Below are positions 10,171-21,882 of a stretch of 32,481 nucleotides of DNA, piece by piece. Numbering within the stretch: position 1 is the first letter of the stretch; the number at the start of each line of letters is the position of its first letter. The notes under the pieces were generated by a model. That model made no database searches and had not been told where the DNA came from. It was given only the letters and a program-made list of their open reading frames with translations. The stretch is from Atractiella rhizophila (lineage: Eukaryota): positions 62,001 to 94,481 of the forward strand of contig MU271318.1 in assembly GCA_021432655.1 (NCBI GenBank), written 5' to 3'. Both the position numbers and the translations under genes were made by a program.

Positions 10171-12131
10171 TGAGTCTGTGAGACTCTACTGCAAAAAGCG
10201 AGTTCCTTTAGCTCGATTAGAGCGAGAACTAGGATGCTCAATCAATGAATGAGAGCTTAAACGAAAAGGAGAGACAGGAACCAGCTTATGCTAGCCACAC
10301 TGAAGTGTAGGGCCGCTTATCAAGCTATTTGGTCTCAGAAATAAGACAGTGGATCTTACAGTGGCGCTTCTACGGCCCGGGGAACTTACCTCGATTCTTA
10401 CCGCGCTTTCTGCTATGAGTGCGAAGTAAGATGATGAGGAATAAGATGAATTTACATTAACAAGTGAGGCCTCTTTTATAGGCCAATGAATCGGATAAAA
10501 GATCAAACAACATCGTGGGAAAACCCGTAATACATAAGTAGATAGAAATATAGAATAATCTGAAAGCATGGAACGAAGAGGAAGCTGAAGGGAATCAAAC
10601 GAGGCTCACCAGGGAATCGACGGATCTTGCCTTCCAGCTTCTGGATAAGGCTAAGATACCATGCGGTTATCTTCCCTTCTTCTCCCGACCGATTGTACGC
10701 GCTTGGAGCCGACAGGAGAGGTGTAGAGAGACGGGGGAGTTGTGAGGTATACAGTGGTCAATGTCACTTCCAAGTTAGGCAGGAGCCGCTTCCAGAATAG
10801 GAAGGTATTGCCGCATGTGAGCGGGTTGACCATTGTATCTCACAGAGTCTGATGCTGCAGTGAACTGATTTTCTTCGGACCCTACAATATTCAGTAAATT
10901 TTGCTGTCATCAGGCTATCTTACATCCTCAACTCTTGAGATTGTGAATATTCATCTCCTCATCCTAATTGGACTGTCATTCTTCTGCTCTGTATTCTACC
11001 CAGTCTCTTCTTTTCATGACGAAAGCGGTAGAACATGAAACAAGCTTTGGGACTCCCCCACAGTACACTTCACAAGTACACCAAATTGCCTCTTCAGACA
11101 CATTTGCCATGTATGAATCTGACTGGTTTCTGCTGGCTTCATATCTGATCCCGTGTCATGTGATGGTGTGACACCGTTTTGAAGTTGTTTACGACGAAAT
11201 TTGGCTAGATACAACTTTCAATTCTGTCCCCTATCTATTATATATTAATTACTAAATATCGTACAAATATAACGGCGATGCCTGCTGATAGTTGGAGATT
11301 CTTTCACGGAATAGGTGCGAAATGTCTTGCTCATCATGTCTTTCTCACTGAAGATGGATGACACTGACTTGTGTTTTTACTCTAAAGATGAGAATACCTC
11401 TGCTGACCCCTTCAATGCTTCTTCTTTCGAAATGTCACTACCCAACCAGCCTCATCCTGCTTCCGCTGGTGCTGAGATTACAACACTATCCGGTCTCCTC
11501 GCCAACACTTATAACTCATTCCTTCCCTCATTCTGTGCGACTGAGGAGGCACAAATCTTTACTCCGACAGAGGCTGCAGCTATTGGCAGGGCAAATGTGG
11601 CAACTTTGCTCAAAGTCGGTAACATGTGTGTGGTTGGCTTGGTCACAGAAGTGACGTTAAAGTGTGTCCCTCTTATTTTTGTCAGCCTCCCTGAGACTGG
11701 AAATGTGGGACAGGAACTTCCGAAGCATTCTACCTTCAACTGACGTGAAACCTGTTGTCGAACCCCCAACTGTTCACCATACTCCTTCCTTGTTCAAACC
11801 TGATGGCACCATTCCCATCCCACCCAATGGAAAGCGGAATGTTACACTCTCCAGGTGATTCCACCTAGCAGACCAGCCACCATCCCTGTCGAATTTTGGG
11901 TCCACAGTAAAAAGAATGAACTTCACCGTCATTGGTTGGTTGGTGAAGACTGTGTTCGAGTCCAAGAAGATGCATCGATCCGCCTCCTTTCACGCAACCT
12001 CTTAGACGAAATTGTATCCGCATCCCAATACCGAAACAGCAAATGGCGACATCTATTAGCCGAACAGAATGCTATCGATATCATGACATGGGTCCTTGAA
12101 AGTGAGTTCCCACGCTGCACCTCTGTGATGG

Positions 12132-14060
12132 TCATTTCAAGGCACATACATTCCTTAAAGAGGCTTTCAATGAGCAGAAGAAAAAATGGAAGGCAGCTGA
12201 TGGTTTGCCAAAGAAGTTTAAGAAGTCGGTGAAAGATTTGTCTAAGGCAGCCATCCGTTGATGAAGGACGGAAATTTCCTGCCTGAGTCGGTCTTGTGCT
12301 CGTTTCTGCTCTTGCTTGCGCACCTCCGTTCGATTTTCCATTGGTGCTGAATCTTGAGGGAGGGGCAAGGTTGGGGTGATTGAAATGGTGGTGTTGGGAA
12401 ACCGAATATTTCTGCGAGTGACCGGTGCTGCAAGTGCTTGCACAGTGCCCCATCCTCCAGGAAGTAAGGGCAGCCGCAACCTTCAAGCTCCGATGCAGAA
12501 TTGATTGTCAGCGAGTAATATGTCTGACGATTATTGAAAGATTGAACAAGAATGTGCACATCACTTTCATTCACATGTGACCGTACCATTTTCTCCGCAT
12601 CCAAGATGTCCAGCACATAAGCAAGTGCATAAACTGCTGCTTCAGCTTTATCACAATGGCGACATTCAAAGCCTAGATCGACGGCCATAGCTCGTTGGTA
12701 GTAGTCAGGGACAACCTCTTCAGTGAGGAGATAAACAAGGTAGTCGAGACGTTGCTTTCGGCACAGTCAAACATAGTTGATTTTGATGTTGCGATGATAG
12801 GACTCGATGTAGTTGTTAGTTGTGATGTGGTATGTTTGTGTCCTCCTCCATGGCTTTCCCCATCGTGTCTTGTGTCCATACCATTCACTGCGAAGATAAT
12901 TGACCCAGGGAATCGATCTAGTGCTCCATAATGCTATCATCTCATGCCATCTCCTTTCAAACTCCTCCTCTTCCTCCATGTTCATGACTGCAATGAAGTC
13001 CTGAACAGCTGCCTCCCGAAGACTCTTGTTCTTCTTCCTTTGATTTGCCAGGTTTTCGTCTGCTTCATGTTTGCCTGCAGAGATTTTCCTATCCCCTTGA
13101 TTTGTGAGGGCTCGGAGGAGATGCCAAAGGCAATACAGAATGGTGACCCACGGTGCCACAGTTGTGATCACGAGAGCTTCTGTGTCGGAGCAGTCAATAA
13201 GGACCCGCTCCAGGATGGTTTTCCATTCAGAGATACGTTGAAGAAGAAGGAGAGCCATAGCATGACTGGATAGTGCTCTTCGGAGGTCGTCATCATGAAT
13301 ACGACGGGAACTCCTCGTCTCGTCTTTTGATTCTTCACAATGAGGAGGAATCCAGTAGGCTTCTTTCTAGGTTTGAACTGGTTTTCTTCATCTTGATGGT
13401 CATTTCCCTCCTCTGCTCCTTCCTCTGATCCTGCAGATTGCTCGCATGTCCATGTGAAGAACATATTGTGTGTGGAATCCATGCAAACCATCTTCCCATA
13501 TTTTTTGAGCATTTCTTGCTGCCACGGAGAGGAGATTGCAAAACATGATAGAATCCACAGAACCATCGGAAACATAGACTGGGTTCTGTGCTAAGATGCA
13601 AAGGTAGCCCGGCTTCATCTAGTTTCTCTTTCCATTTCTCAAGACTCTTGAATCCATTGGCATCCAACTGACTCTTTGCGCGTAGTTTCTTCATGATCCT
13701 ATTATAAACATCCGCATGCTTGATTCTGAGGGCTTCGGGAAATTCAAACTTGTTGCACAAGTTCTTGTCAACTAGAAAAGATTCCTTGTCATCCTGACAG
13801 CTCAAGTCCACGTTTTGGAGACTATCCGTCAACTGATGCAGAAGGGCATGGATTGCAGGCCATTCCATCCCCCTTTAATCTTATCGTCAAGCCATTTTGC
13901 AAGTGGCGGAGGCATGGGAGTGCCCAGGTGGGAAAGGCATTTGAGCAGTTGGGTAATAAGAGACTTGAGGAGGAGCTCTTTGACCAATGGACTATGGACC
14001 AGCTAGTAAAGATGAAGGATGACGAAGGAATGCTCCTACTCAAGCGGGTTTGACGTTATC
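12132..14060 (-). mobile_element. Mutator-like (MULE) transposase pseudogene with C-terminal SWIM zinc finger
   Basis: Over several frameshifted ORFs: SPWQQEMLKKYG..VCMDSTHN, RGVPVVFMMT, VLIDCSDTE, YCLWHLLRA, YLRSEW...RW, TTNNYIESYHRNIK, RLDYLVYLL, and SWIM CGCPYFLEDGALCKHL. Confidence 0.93.
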
Positions 14061-14116
14061 TGATGATTGAGAGCTTTATTACAATTTTCCGCTTGATTCC
14101 ATTGATAAAACATACA

Positions 14117-14142
14117 TTGTCTACACTTTTTGTCTACACTTT
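14117..14142. repeat. Perfect 13-bp tandem duplication (TTGTCTACACTTT x2)
   Basis: Copies at 14117-14129 and 14130-14142. Confidence 0.9.
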
Positions 14143-14410
14143 ATTACCTATCCAACTGAGAATATTGTGACTAACTGCTAGTGAAAAATTAACTCGTGCA
14201 GAGCTCACATGCTACACGATGTGAAGCAGTTATGTACCAGTATTTTACTAGGCATGCTATACTGGTATAGTACACTTGGAAAGAAGGTTCCTTACCACGA
14301 ACAACGAACAGTGATGTCGAGTGATGGTTGTTGGTTGTGTTGGGTGTGGCCCCTCATCGCTTAACCCTTGGGGGCCACGGCTTTGGTCCCCAAGTTTAGG
14401 AGTCTTCACT

Positions 14411-14550
14411 GTCCCGTCTCGTCGAATTTTGTCTTATGACGGTGACGGAATGGGTTGCACCCGTCCGGCACAACCCATCCGCATTGTTGCCCAACTTCCT
14501 TTGACGGTGACAGGACGGTAGACGGGACGGGATGTTGTCCAGATGGACGG
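14411..14550. repeat. Cluster of GACGG/CCGTC motifs, probable hAT subterminal transposase-binding array
   Basis: Nine copies at 14414, 14438, 14444, 14461, 14503, 14514, 14521, 14526 and 14546, downstream of the hAT remnant. Confidence 0.6.
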
Positions 14551-14639
14551 TTGAGGCGGCCAACATCATATCAAGGGTGAGGAGGAGCGAGAATCGATGC
14601 ATTATGAACAAGTTTTGAAGACTCACCTTGAACGAGCTA

Positions 14640-15530
14640 CTTTCTCCATTCGGATAATGGTACATCTCCTCCTCAGTTAGTCCTTTGTAAAGCCCCTGAA
14701 ACCAGTCCTCTGGTAAGTCATCATAATCAGTAATCTCTCCAGCACCATTAATGAACCCATTTCCATCATCCTGACCCACCAATTGCTCAAGAACTGAATC
14801 GAAAGTTCCAAAATTCTGCTGGTTCCCTGGATCACTTCTTGATCTGTGAGTTCGCCTTCTCTTCTTCCCCAATACGGATCAGGAGATGGGTCAACTTTGC
14901 ATGCTTTTGAGTACTGAGCCTGTGGTGTCACTTTGGTTTGAGGTTTTGGAGAAGACGCGTCCAAGAAACCGGTATTGGGAACGATCAAAAGGATGCGTAT
15001 TGCAAAGGTGAAGAGTTATCGATGTCAATGGCTATCAACAAGATTCCAAAAGGTAAGAGGACTGAGTGTTGCAGTATTGGGTGGGTTTTGAGCCTTCTTT
15101 TGGTGAACCATTCCGTCATTTGAGGACTGATGTCCCCTTTCTGGGCTAGGTAGGCAGTCATGGAAGTCTTGAACATGTCGTGGCCAGTTTCAATCCAGTT
15201 TGGGAAGATTCTGCATGCAACTTGTTCCAATTGGAAAAACGAGAGACGTGAGTGAGATGCCACATTGAGAGCAGAAAGATTCCGTGCAGCAAGCAGGATG
15301 CAGAACGACAGCAAAGATGAAGATCAGCACAGTTCCAACATTTTTCAAGGCTTTCAAGCAGAACTTTGCGAAGTGTTGGAGGCACAGAATTTGACATATC
15401 CACATAATGATTAAAGAGATGTCCTAGCATCAGAAAGATAGTGTAAAGACGAGAGGAGTCTCCTTGAGCAACCTTTGGACCACTTTAGTTTTCCGACTTT
15501 CCCCTAGCATGAGTTGTTGGGCAGGGTCTG
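14640..15530 (-). mobile_element. Degraded hAT transposase, C-terminal half including the dimerisation region
   Basis: LGHLFNHY...VLLESLEKCWNCAD / IFIFAVVLHP (cf. SLEKRW..ADQ..FI.AV.LHP), then IVPNTGFL followed by a frameshift to RVFS (cf. VPNSA.CERLFS), and an acidic tail. Confidence 0.75.
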
Positions 15531-16404
15531 CACTCCTCTTGTAGGAGCAAGAGAGCTATGGAGGACAGCAAATGAGGCGATAGACTTCAAGGTGGGAATG
15601 GAGCACTTTGTTGGGATGTTAAGGAGAAGGACGCAGGACTCATTGGAACTGGATTAACTCGAAGGCGGCACTTTGAAGGTTTTATGTCCACCCTTTGTTC
15701 TTTGACTCAGAATTGACCTGGAATGGGTTCATAGATGTATATGAATTGCAATCTATTTGCCTTATCGACCATCAAACTTGTTTTTCGAGGTTAGATTAGC
15801 TTGTGTCCAAAATGCGACCTGAAATTGCAGAGGTGTCGTCGAATTTGGGATAAAATCCTCGGGTCCAAGGTCTAAACGAGTCTGATTTTTATCTGACCCC
15901 TTGGCGTATAAGCCGGGATCCTGATTTGACCCCATTGAAAGGTCTCTGTCCCGGCTAGCATCTTATACAATCGGATTGTTAGCTCAGCTCAGAGTTATTT
16001 CAAGGTCAACAATCCGCTCCAGGTTAATCATGAATTTCAATTTAGCAAACTGGGAGTTGACCGGCAGTTGCCGTCATTATTATCACTGAAGTATGGACTT
16101 TTCCTAGATACAAATAATTGAATACAGAGCGATTAATGGTGTGACGAGTTAACAACAACACGCATAAGTCAGCTCCAACGGATCAAACGTACATTCGAAC
16201 AGAGGATACGGAATTGATCCTTCCATTTAACTCATTGTATTGTTATGCCAAATGCCGAGTTCGGAAGCAGAGACATGAAAATTAAAATAACCGAGTGCCG
16301 ACCAAGGTACAGCGACGCATCGTTTCCTGAGTAGTCGTTGGGACCAGGTCGTGGGACAGAGGTACAATTCTGAGGATATGTCGGCTCATTGGAATAACCG
16401 CAGT

Positions 16405-17180
16405 TCACGGTCGACTGGGGGGTCCAGGTCCATTGCTCTCGTACTCCTGCCAGCCATCCGATGACTGCGCGTGCTGCACATACGCCGAATCCAGTGCCGT
16501 TAGCAAGAATGTCGCCGAGTGAGAAAGTGGCTTGGTCAGACGGCGACCTGCATCGGAGGGAAGGTATCTAAAGGGCTGATTGGAAGATGGCATAGGCCGT
16601 TGGCCAATCACGCTGTTCGGGATCGGGTACTGGGAAGTCATGTTCGTTGGACCAGAAGTTCCAGTTTGAGAAGTTAAATGATTCAAGCTCGTGTGATTTG
16701 AACCCCCAACTGTGAGGCTGTCAGGGTTGTCAACAGTCAAACCGATTGCGAGCGCGTTGGAAAATAGTTTGAGCGAGGAAAAGTCAGATTCATCGGGAGA
16801 ATTCGTGAGAGACTGTTGCCGACCTTGCGCAGCAGCAGACTGACTATCAAGGTCGAAGTCGACCGGGGCATGGGGCCCGTCTCGAAAGTGACAGATGGAC
16901 AGGGAGCGGTCCAACTGCTAAGGGTGGATGTACTATCTTGCCCATTTGTCGTAGACCAGACATTGCTCAGCGCATAAGAAGTGTTTGCTTGATACTTTTG
17001 AGTCTCCGTCCGAGATGATAATGGAGCTGCAGGCTGAGACTGGGCAGCAGGCGGCGGAAAGGGCGAAATTGGTTGAGGTGCTGCAAGCGTCTTTTCCCAT
17101 TGTCGAAGAACAAGCTCTACGTTTGCGACGTCTCCATACTCATCACACCAAGACCACCCACAACATTTATAAATGGACAA
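16405..17180 (-). other. Possible S/P/Q-rich host gene fragment, unidentified
   Basis: Two overlapping minus-strand ORFs (147 and 169 aa) with the low-complexity composition of a disordered regulatory protein tail. No domain recognised. Confidence 0.3.
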
Positions 17181-17438
17181 CGTTAAGCCCTGAGTTTAAC
17201 TTGGATCCAGGATACGTGGACCTACCAATTGAAATCCCGCCAGGATCCTTATCCTAACTTCAAAAGCGTCAACAGTTCTTAAGTAATTGCAGCTGTTCGC
17301 AGTGTAATTTGCAAGTAATTCAGTCAATAATAGTAGAATTTCAAATTTAATGAATGCAAATACATGCGTGAAGATAACTTTTTTCTGGCACTTTCGAGCT
17401 CAGATGGATTGGATGCTGCCACTATCACAGGCTTTCTG

Positions 17439-17925
17439 ATGGCGTCGATTCAATCGCTCCCTGTTGAGCTGCTACTCAAGATATTCGAAATACTTGCCGA
17501 GCACTGGATCGAAGAACGACGAGATTACACGTGCGATAGGCATCTGCCATCTGTCTGGTTGATCACTCGTCCGAACAGCCAAATCCTACCTTGCTCGCTG
17601 GTGTGCAAACAATGGAGCGAGCTCTCCCACCCTATGTCGATTGGCTACTTAGACTTTCTACTGCGAATGTGGACGGGGTTCTTTCGTTCATATGCCAGTC
17701 GCCCATGCGTCGAGCCAACATTAAGCACCTGTTCGTTAACTTTCCAAAATCGTCGCAAGAATCTGAAGACGTAAATTGGGCGGCGCTTTGGGATGTTTTC
17801 AGCGAAGTCTCAAAGTCCGTAGGAGATCAGCTGCAAACTATGGATGTCATGCTGCGGTGGATGAAGCGTCCAGCACCAGAAGCTCGTATTCGATTGCCCT
17901 CGAATTTAAGACGTCTTTGGGTCGT
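17439..17925 (+). pseudogene. F-box protein pseudogene (copy A), 3'-truncated
   Basis: ATG at 17439 gives MASIQSLPVELLLKIFEIL...PCSLVCKQWSEL. A 1-nt deletion near 17626-17632 relative to copy B shifts into PYVDWLLRLS...GDQLQTMD...LPSNLRRLWV, after which similarity to copy B stops. Confidence 0.88.
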
Positions 17926-19041
17926 AATTATCCATGAGGCTCTTGATGTCATTGGGTTTTGTGCCGAGGTTAGACATACCGGAGATGGCATAACTTCAGG
18001 ACCCTCTGAAGTTTGACCCCTCGCTCCCTTCGTCCCGGCCTTTGCTCCCAATTTCACACCAGACTTTGAGCCCTCGAGCGACATATTTCCCCCAGCCTTC
18101 AGAACCGCCAGCTCCTTCTCCATCTCTGGTACCTTCGCGATACGTGCTACCTCCTCCTCTTCCTTAGCCGCCGTTTCCTTTGCCTTCTCCTCCTCCTCAC
18201 CGAGTGTCGCACGCATTGTCCTTATTCTCTCACGTCGGGCCATCGCAGTTTCCTCCTCAGAAACTTCCCATCCGGAAACTTTGACTTCACCCACACGTAA
18301 CGCGTTGGACTCCTCTCTACAATCTTCCCGACTTTCCAGTTTGTGACTTTCGGCTCTTCGCCATCCGAGATAGACAGGATTTTGTTGGCCTGAAGGGTGT
18401 TGTGGGCTTCGATGGGTGAAGGTGCAATGCCTGACCTAGTGTCACTAACAGGCTGCGTCATCTGCTTCTCGCGCTTCCTTCAGTAAAGCCAACTTTTCTG
18501 CCTTCACATCCTCTGGCGCGGGTGAATTGCAGTCGCTGGAGTTTTCAGAGGATTTACAATCGGGTCCCGGGTTTTGAGGCAGTATTTCCAAAGTTACATC
18601 ACTGAAAGTCAGGAGTGGAAGACTGAGAGCAGCAAAAACAAACGCACTTCACTCAATATCCCATCCACCTGCATCCCTCCCAGATCATCTGTCTGTCTGA
18701 TACCGTATAAATCCATCTCCTTCATGCACTTTGATCTTGATGCAGCCTGTCACTTCATAATTCAATGTACCGTGCGGGGATGAACAGCATTATATCAGGA
18801 AGGAGAGCGAATGCAACAACGTAAACGTTGCAAACTTGAGAAGATCTCAGCAATCAGTTCCCGTGGGAAGGCGACGAGGCTGCTGCCAGATGTTATATGA
18901 AGTGGTCGTCCCTTTGTTGACGTCCCTTTCTTGTTGTCGTCCCATTGTCCTTTCACGTGCCTTTACATCTCTTTCAGATCTTGACCCAGAAGCATTTCTG
19001 ATAACGGACAGAGGGAATGAAGCTGATTTTTCTGGACCTTC

Positions 19042-20843
19042 CTATTTGCAGAGGTCGCATATTGTTACATAGTATTTTCCCAGAATATTCAACCATATTA
19101 GATGTTGACCGTGGGTCACTTGTTGTGATAATTCAGCATCATCATCTGTCCCATTCACCTTGGAGAACTCCAATCCTGTAACCTCGAATCTTGTTCCAAG
19201 TCGCTCCGTCAAGCTTTCATAGTTGGACCATTGTTGTCGGTTTAAGTCAATAGTTGGAACTCCGTGAGACAGATGTTGAAACCTGAGGTTTTCCAGCTGA
19301 TCCATCCAAGTTGCAGCGGAAAGAAATGTAATCAACGGTGTATATCCTCCGTCGCCGACGTAGACATAGTTAGTTACATAAGACCTGTAGTGCCGCCAAC
19401 TCGAAGCAACACGAAATCGGAACTCGACACTTTTGGCGGCACACGAACCGTTGCTGAAAGATGAAGAATGAAAAATACGATCACCCCAGTGTGAATTAGG
19501 CTTAAAGAAACTGCCTGAGAGGCGCATGTCTTGGATTCCAGGAATTGTGTGACCTGATGTGAGGAGAAAGTCCAAAGTTTCGAAGGAACTCTCAAGGAAA
19601 ATGTTGAGAATTCGAGGTTGCGAGATGTGGAGGAAAGACTTGAGCTCCGCTGCAGACACAATTTCAAATGTGGTCAATTCTGTGTCCAGTCGCCTGAGGG
19701 TGTGAGGATGCAAGATAGGGTCGAACAAAGGTCGCATGAGCTTGACTGTCAGCTCTTTAGTTTCACTGCACAGGGTCAATCTCTGCAAATGTCGAAAGTG
19801 ACATTGGAACTCTTGAGCTTGGGCATCTTGTGCGGCCGCCATTATCGGAACCTTTTTTAGCTTCAATCGCACCAACCGTAATGAGAGACGGAGGTGTTGG
19901 AAAGAATCAACCAGGTTCCCTAGGAAAGCGCTGGTGAGCTTAAGTGTTGTCAAACTTGGTAGGATCGGAGCGACCAGTTGATCTTCCTTGTCATAGCGCA
20001 TTGGGATGCCTCCGGTACTCCCGTCCATATCTAGTTCTTGAAGGTTGTCTTTGACGAGGTGGAGGAGTGGGAAGAATGTCGGCCAGAATGTGGGATAAGA
20101 TTCACTGCCGAAACTGTCCGACCAGAAGGCTGTAAGCGACGTGAGAGTAGTTGCTGATGCTGGAAAGAAAGTTGACTCGGCAGGAAGAATGGCGCGGATG
20201 ACGAGATGGCGGAGTGCAAACAAAACTGGGGAGGACTGCGATGCGTGAATATCTCGTAGTTCGAGACACCTCAACGCCTTGCATTCTTCTAACCCAGTGA
20301 ACCAATCTTGAAGGACTGGTTGGTCATAGCGGAACTCGTTCGCACCCAGACATGACTGATATTCGACGGCAATGGAAGACGAGCTTCAGGAGGGGGACAT
20401 TCTCTGGCACCTTCCATAGCCCACAACAAGATATCCATCGTTTGAAGTTGGTCACCCACAGTCTCTAGAACTTCACGGAGAGCACCCCACAAGGCTGCCG
20501 AGTTTGCTTTCTGGTCGAGGTCTTGTGATTCTCCAGGAAAGTTAACAAACAGATGCTTTACGTAAGAACAGCGCGTCTTTGACTGGCGTATGAACGAAAG
20601 AATCCCGTCCATATTCGTCAGAGAAAGCCTGAGTAGCCAATCGACATACGGAAGCGAGAGCTTGCTCCATTGTTTGCAGACCAGCGAGCAAGGTTTGATT
20701 TGACGGTTGGAGCGAGTGGTAACCCAGATGGCTCGCGCATCGCAATCCCGTGTATAATCTCGTCGTTCGTCGATCTAATGATCAGCAAGAATGTCAAAGA
20801 TTTGGACCAGCAGTTCAGACGGGAGGGGTGCAATGGTCCCCAT
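19042..20843 (-). pseudogene. F-box/LRR-like protein gene (copy B), full length but disrupted
   Basis: ATG at 20843 gives MGTIAPLPSELLVQIFDILADH*IDERRDY...PCSLVCKQWSKL. The TAG at 20777-20775 is TGG in copy A. A frameshift near 20340 joins to the 410-aa ORF with LxxLxL motifs (LRCLEL, LRHLVI, LTSLTA, LQELDM, LTTLKL, LQRLTL, LENLRF). Confidence 0.85.
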
Positions 20844-21228
20844 CAGAACCAACAAACGCGTCTACCTTGTGGAAGTCTCATCAATTCTTCGATAAAAAGT
20901 ACAAGCAAACTCATACTGTAGCTGTAGGTCTTTCCAAGACATTCAAAGCTCCGCAGTGATGAATCCCTTTCCACAACGTCTCTCAGGCGAAAGACCCTTT
21001 CAAGGGAGGAAGCGTGGAAAGTAATATTAAGGTACCGAAGGGTCGGCATCGGGTGGTATAAGGAAAAGTAGTCATCCAGACGGCAGAAGTGATGGACATT
21101 TGCGCATTCCCATTTCTCACTTCCTACATCATTTTGGTCTTGTGACTTTTTCTCTTTCTCTTTCTCCTTCTATTGCTTGATAATTGGCTCAAGGAACGGC
21201 GACGGGCTACGCCCTGCAGTGCGAGTCC

Positions 21229-21321
21229 CATCGCTTTTGTGGCTCGCATTTGCAGGTAAAGTTATTTCTTTTAAGTAACAATGAAATGTATTCTCATCGC
21301 TTTTGTGGCTCGCATTTGCAG
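21229..21321. repeat. Perfect 27-bp direct repeat CATCGCTTTTGTGGCTCGCATTTGCAG
   Basis: Copies at 21229-21255 and 21295-21321, separated by 39 bp. Confidence 0.9.
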
Positions 21322-21882
21322 TGCTTACAGATCCATATCTCGTCAAGAAGGACTTCTCTGTGAGCAAGAACAAGCAATGTGCAAGAAGATAGGGCCATCG
21401 CTCATAAAACAAGAAGTGCCGAAACGTATCCTGTCGAGTGCAACAGGCCAGCCTTCTATCCAATTAGGGCCTGGAACCTCTCATTCTAAATTTCTAAGAG
21501 TCATGCAAGAAGTGGAACTAATGGGAACAACGCCTAGTTCCTTCGATTACTTATCTATATTCGCTTCAAAAGTTTCATACGGGATTTCATTCGTGTGAGA
21601 GAGTAATAATAAACATACGCAAGAAGTAGGGAGAATGGGAGACGCCCCACCGTTAGACGCAGGTAAGTCTTCTTTGCTTAGCACCTGGGCCTTTCGAACA
21701 CGCTCAAAACATCGCGTGCGTTCTTAATGTATGCGCTCAGAACTGGCCGCGGTGTCCAAAAGCGTGCCCATTATAAACGAGCCGATGGCACTTGCTAATA
21801 CTACTTCTATTTCATCCTGGACTTGCGTATCCCATCACCAAGCTATTACATTATTCACCTCTATCTCTACTCCGTCATCAAA

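Noticed and set aside
10200..12130. Short ORFs between the CACTA and MULE relics (11315-11743, 11855-12232)
   Set aside because: No recognisable domain, and no consistent exon structure could be built.
15600..16100. Possible transposon terminal sequence, and a loose similarity to 17190-17255
   Set aside because: No convincing TIR pair or TSD found by eye.
20843..21049. 68-aa ORF whose TGA overlaps the F-box B ATG, resembling translational coupling
   Set aside because: Copy A has the same TTCTGATG context without such an ORF, so this is probably coincidence or a gene relic.
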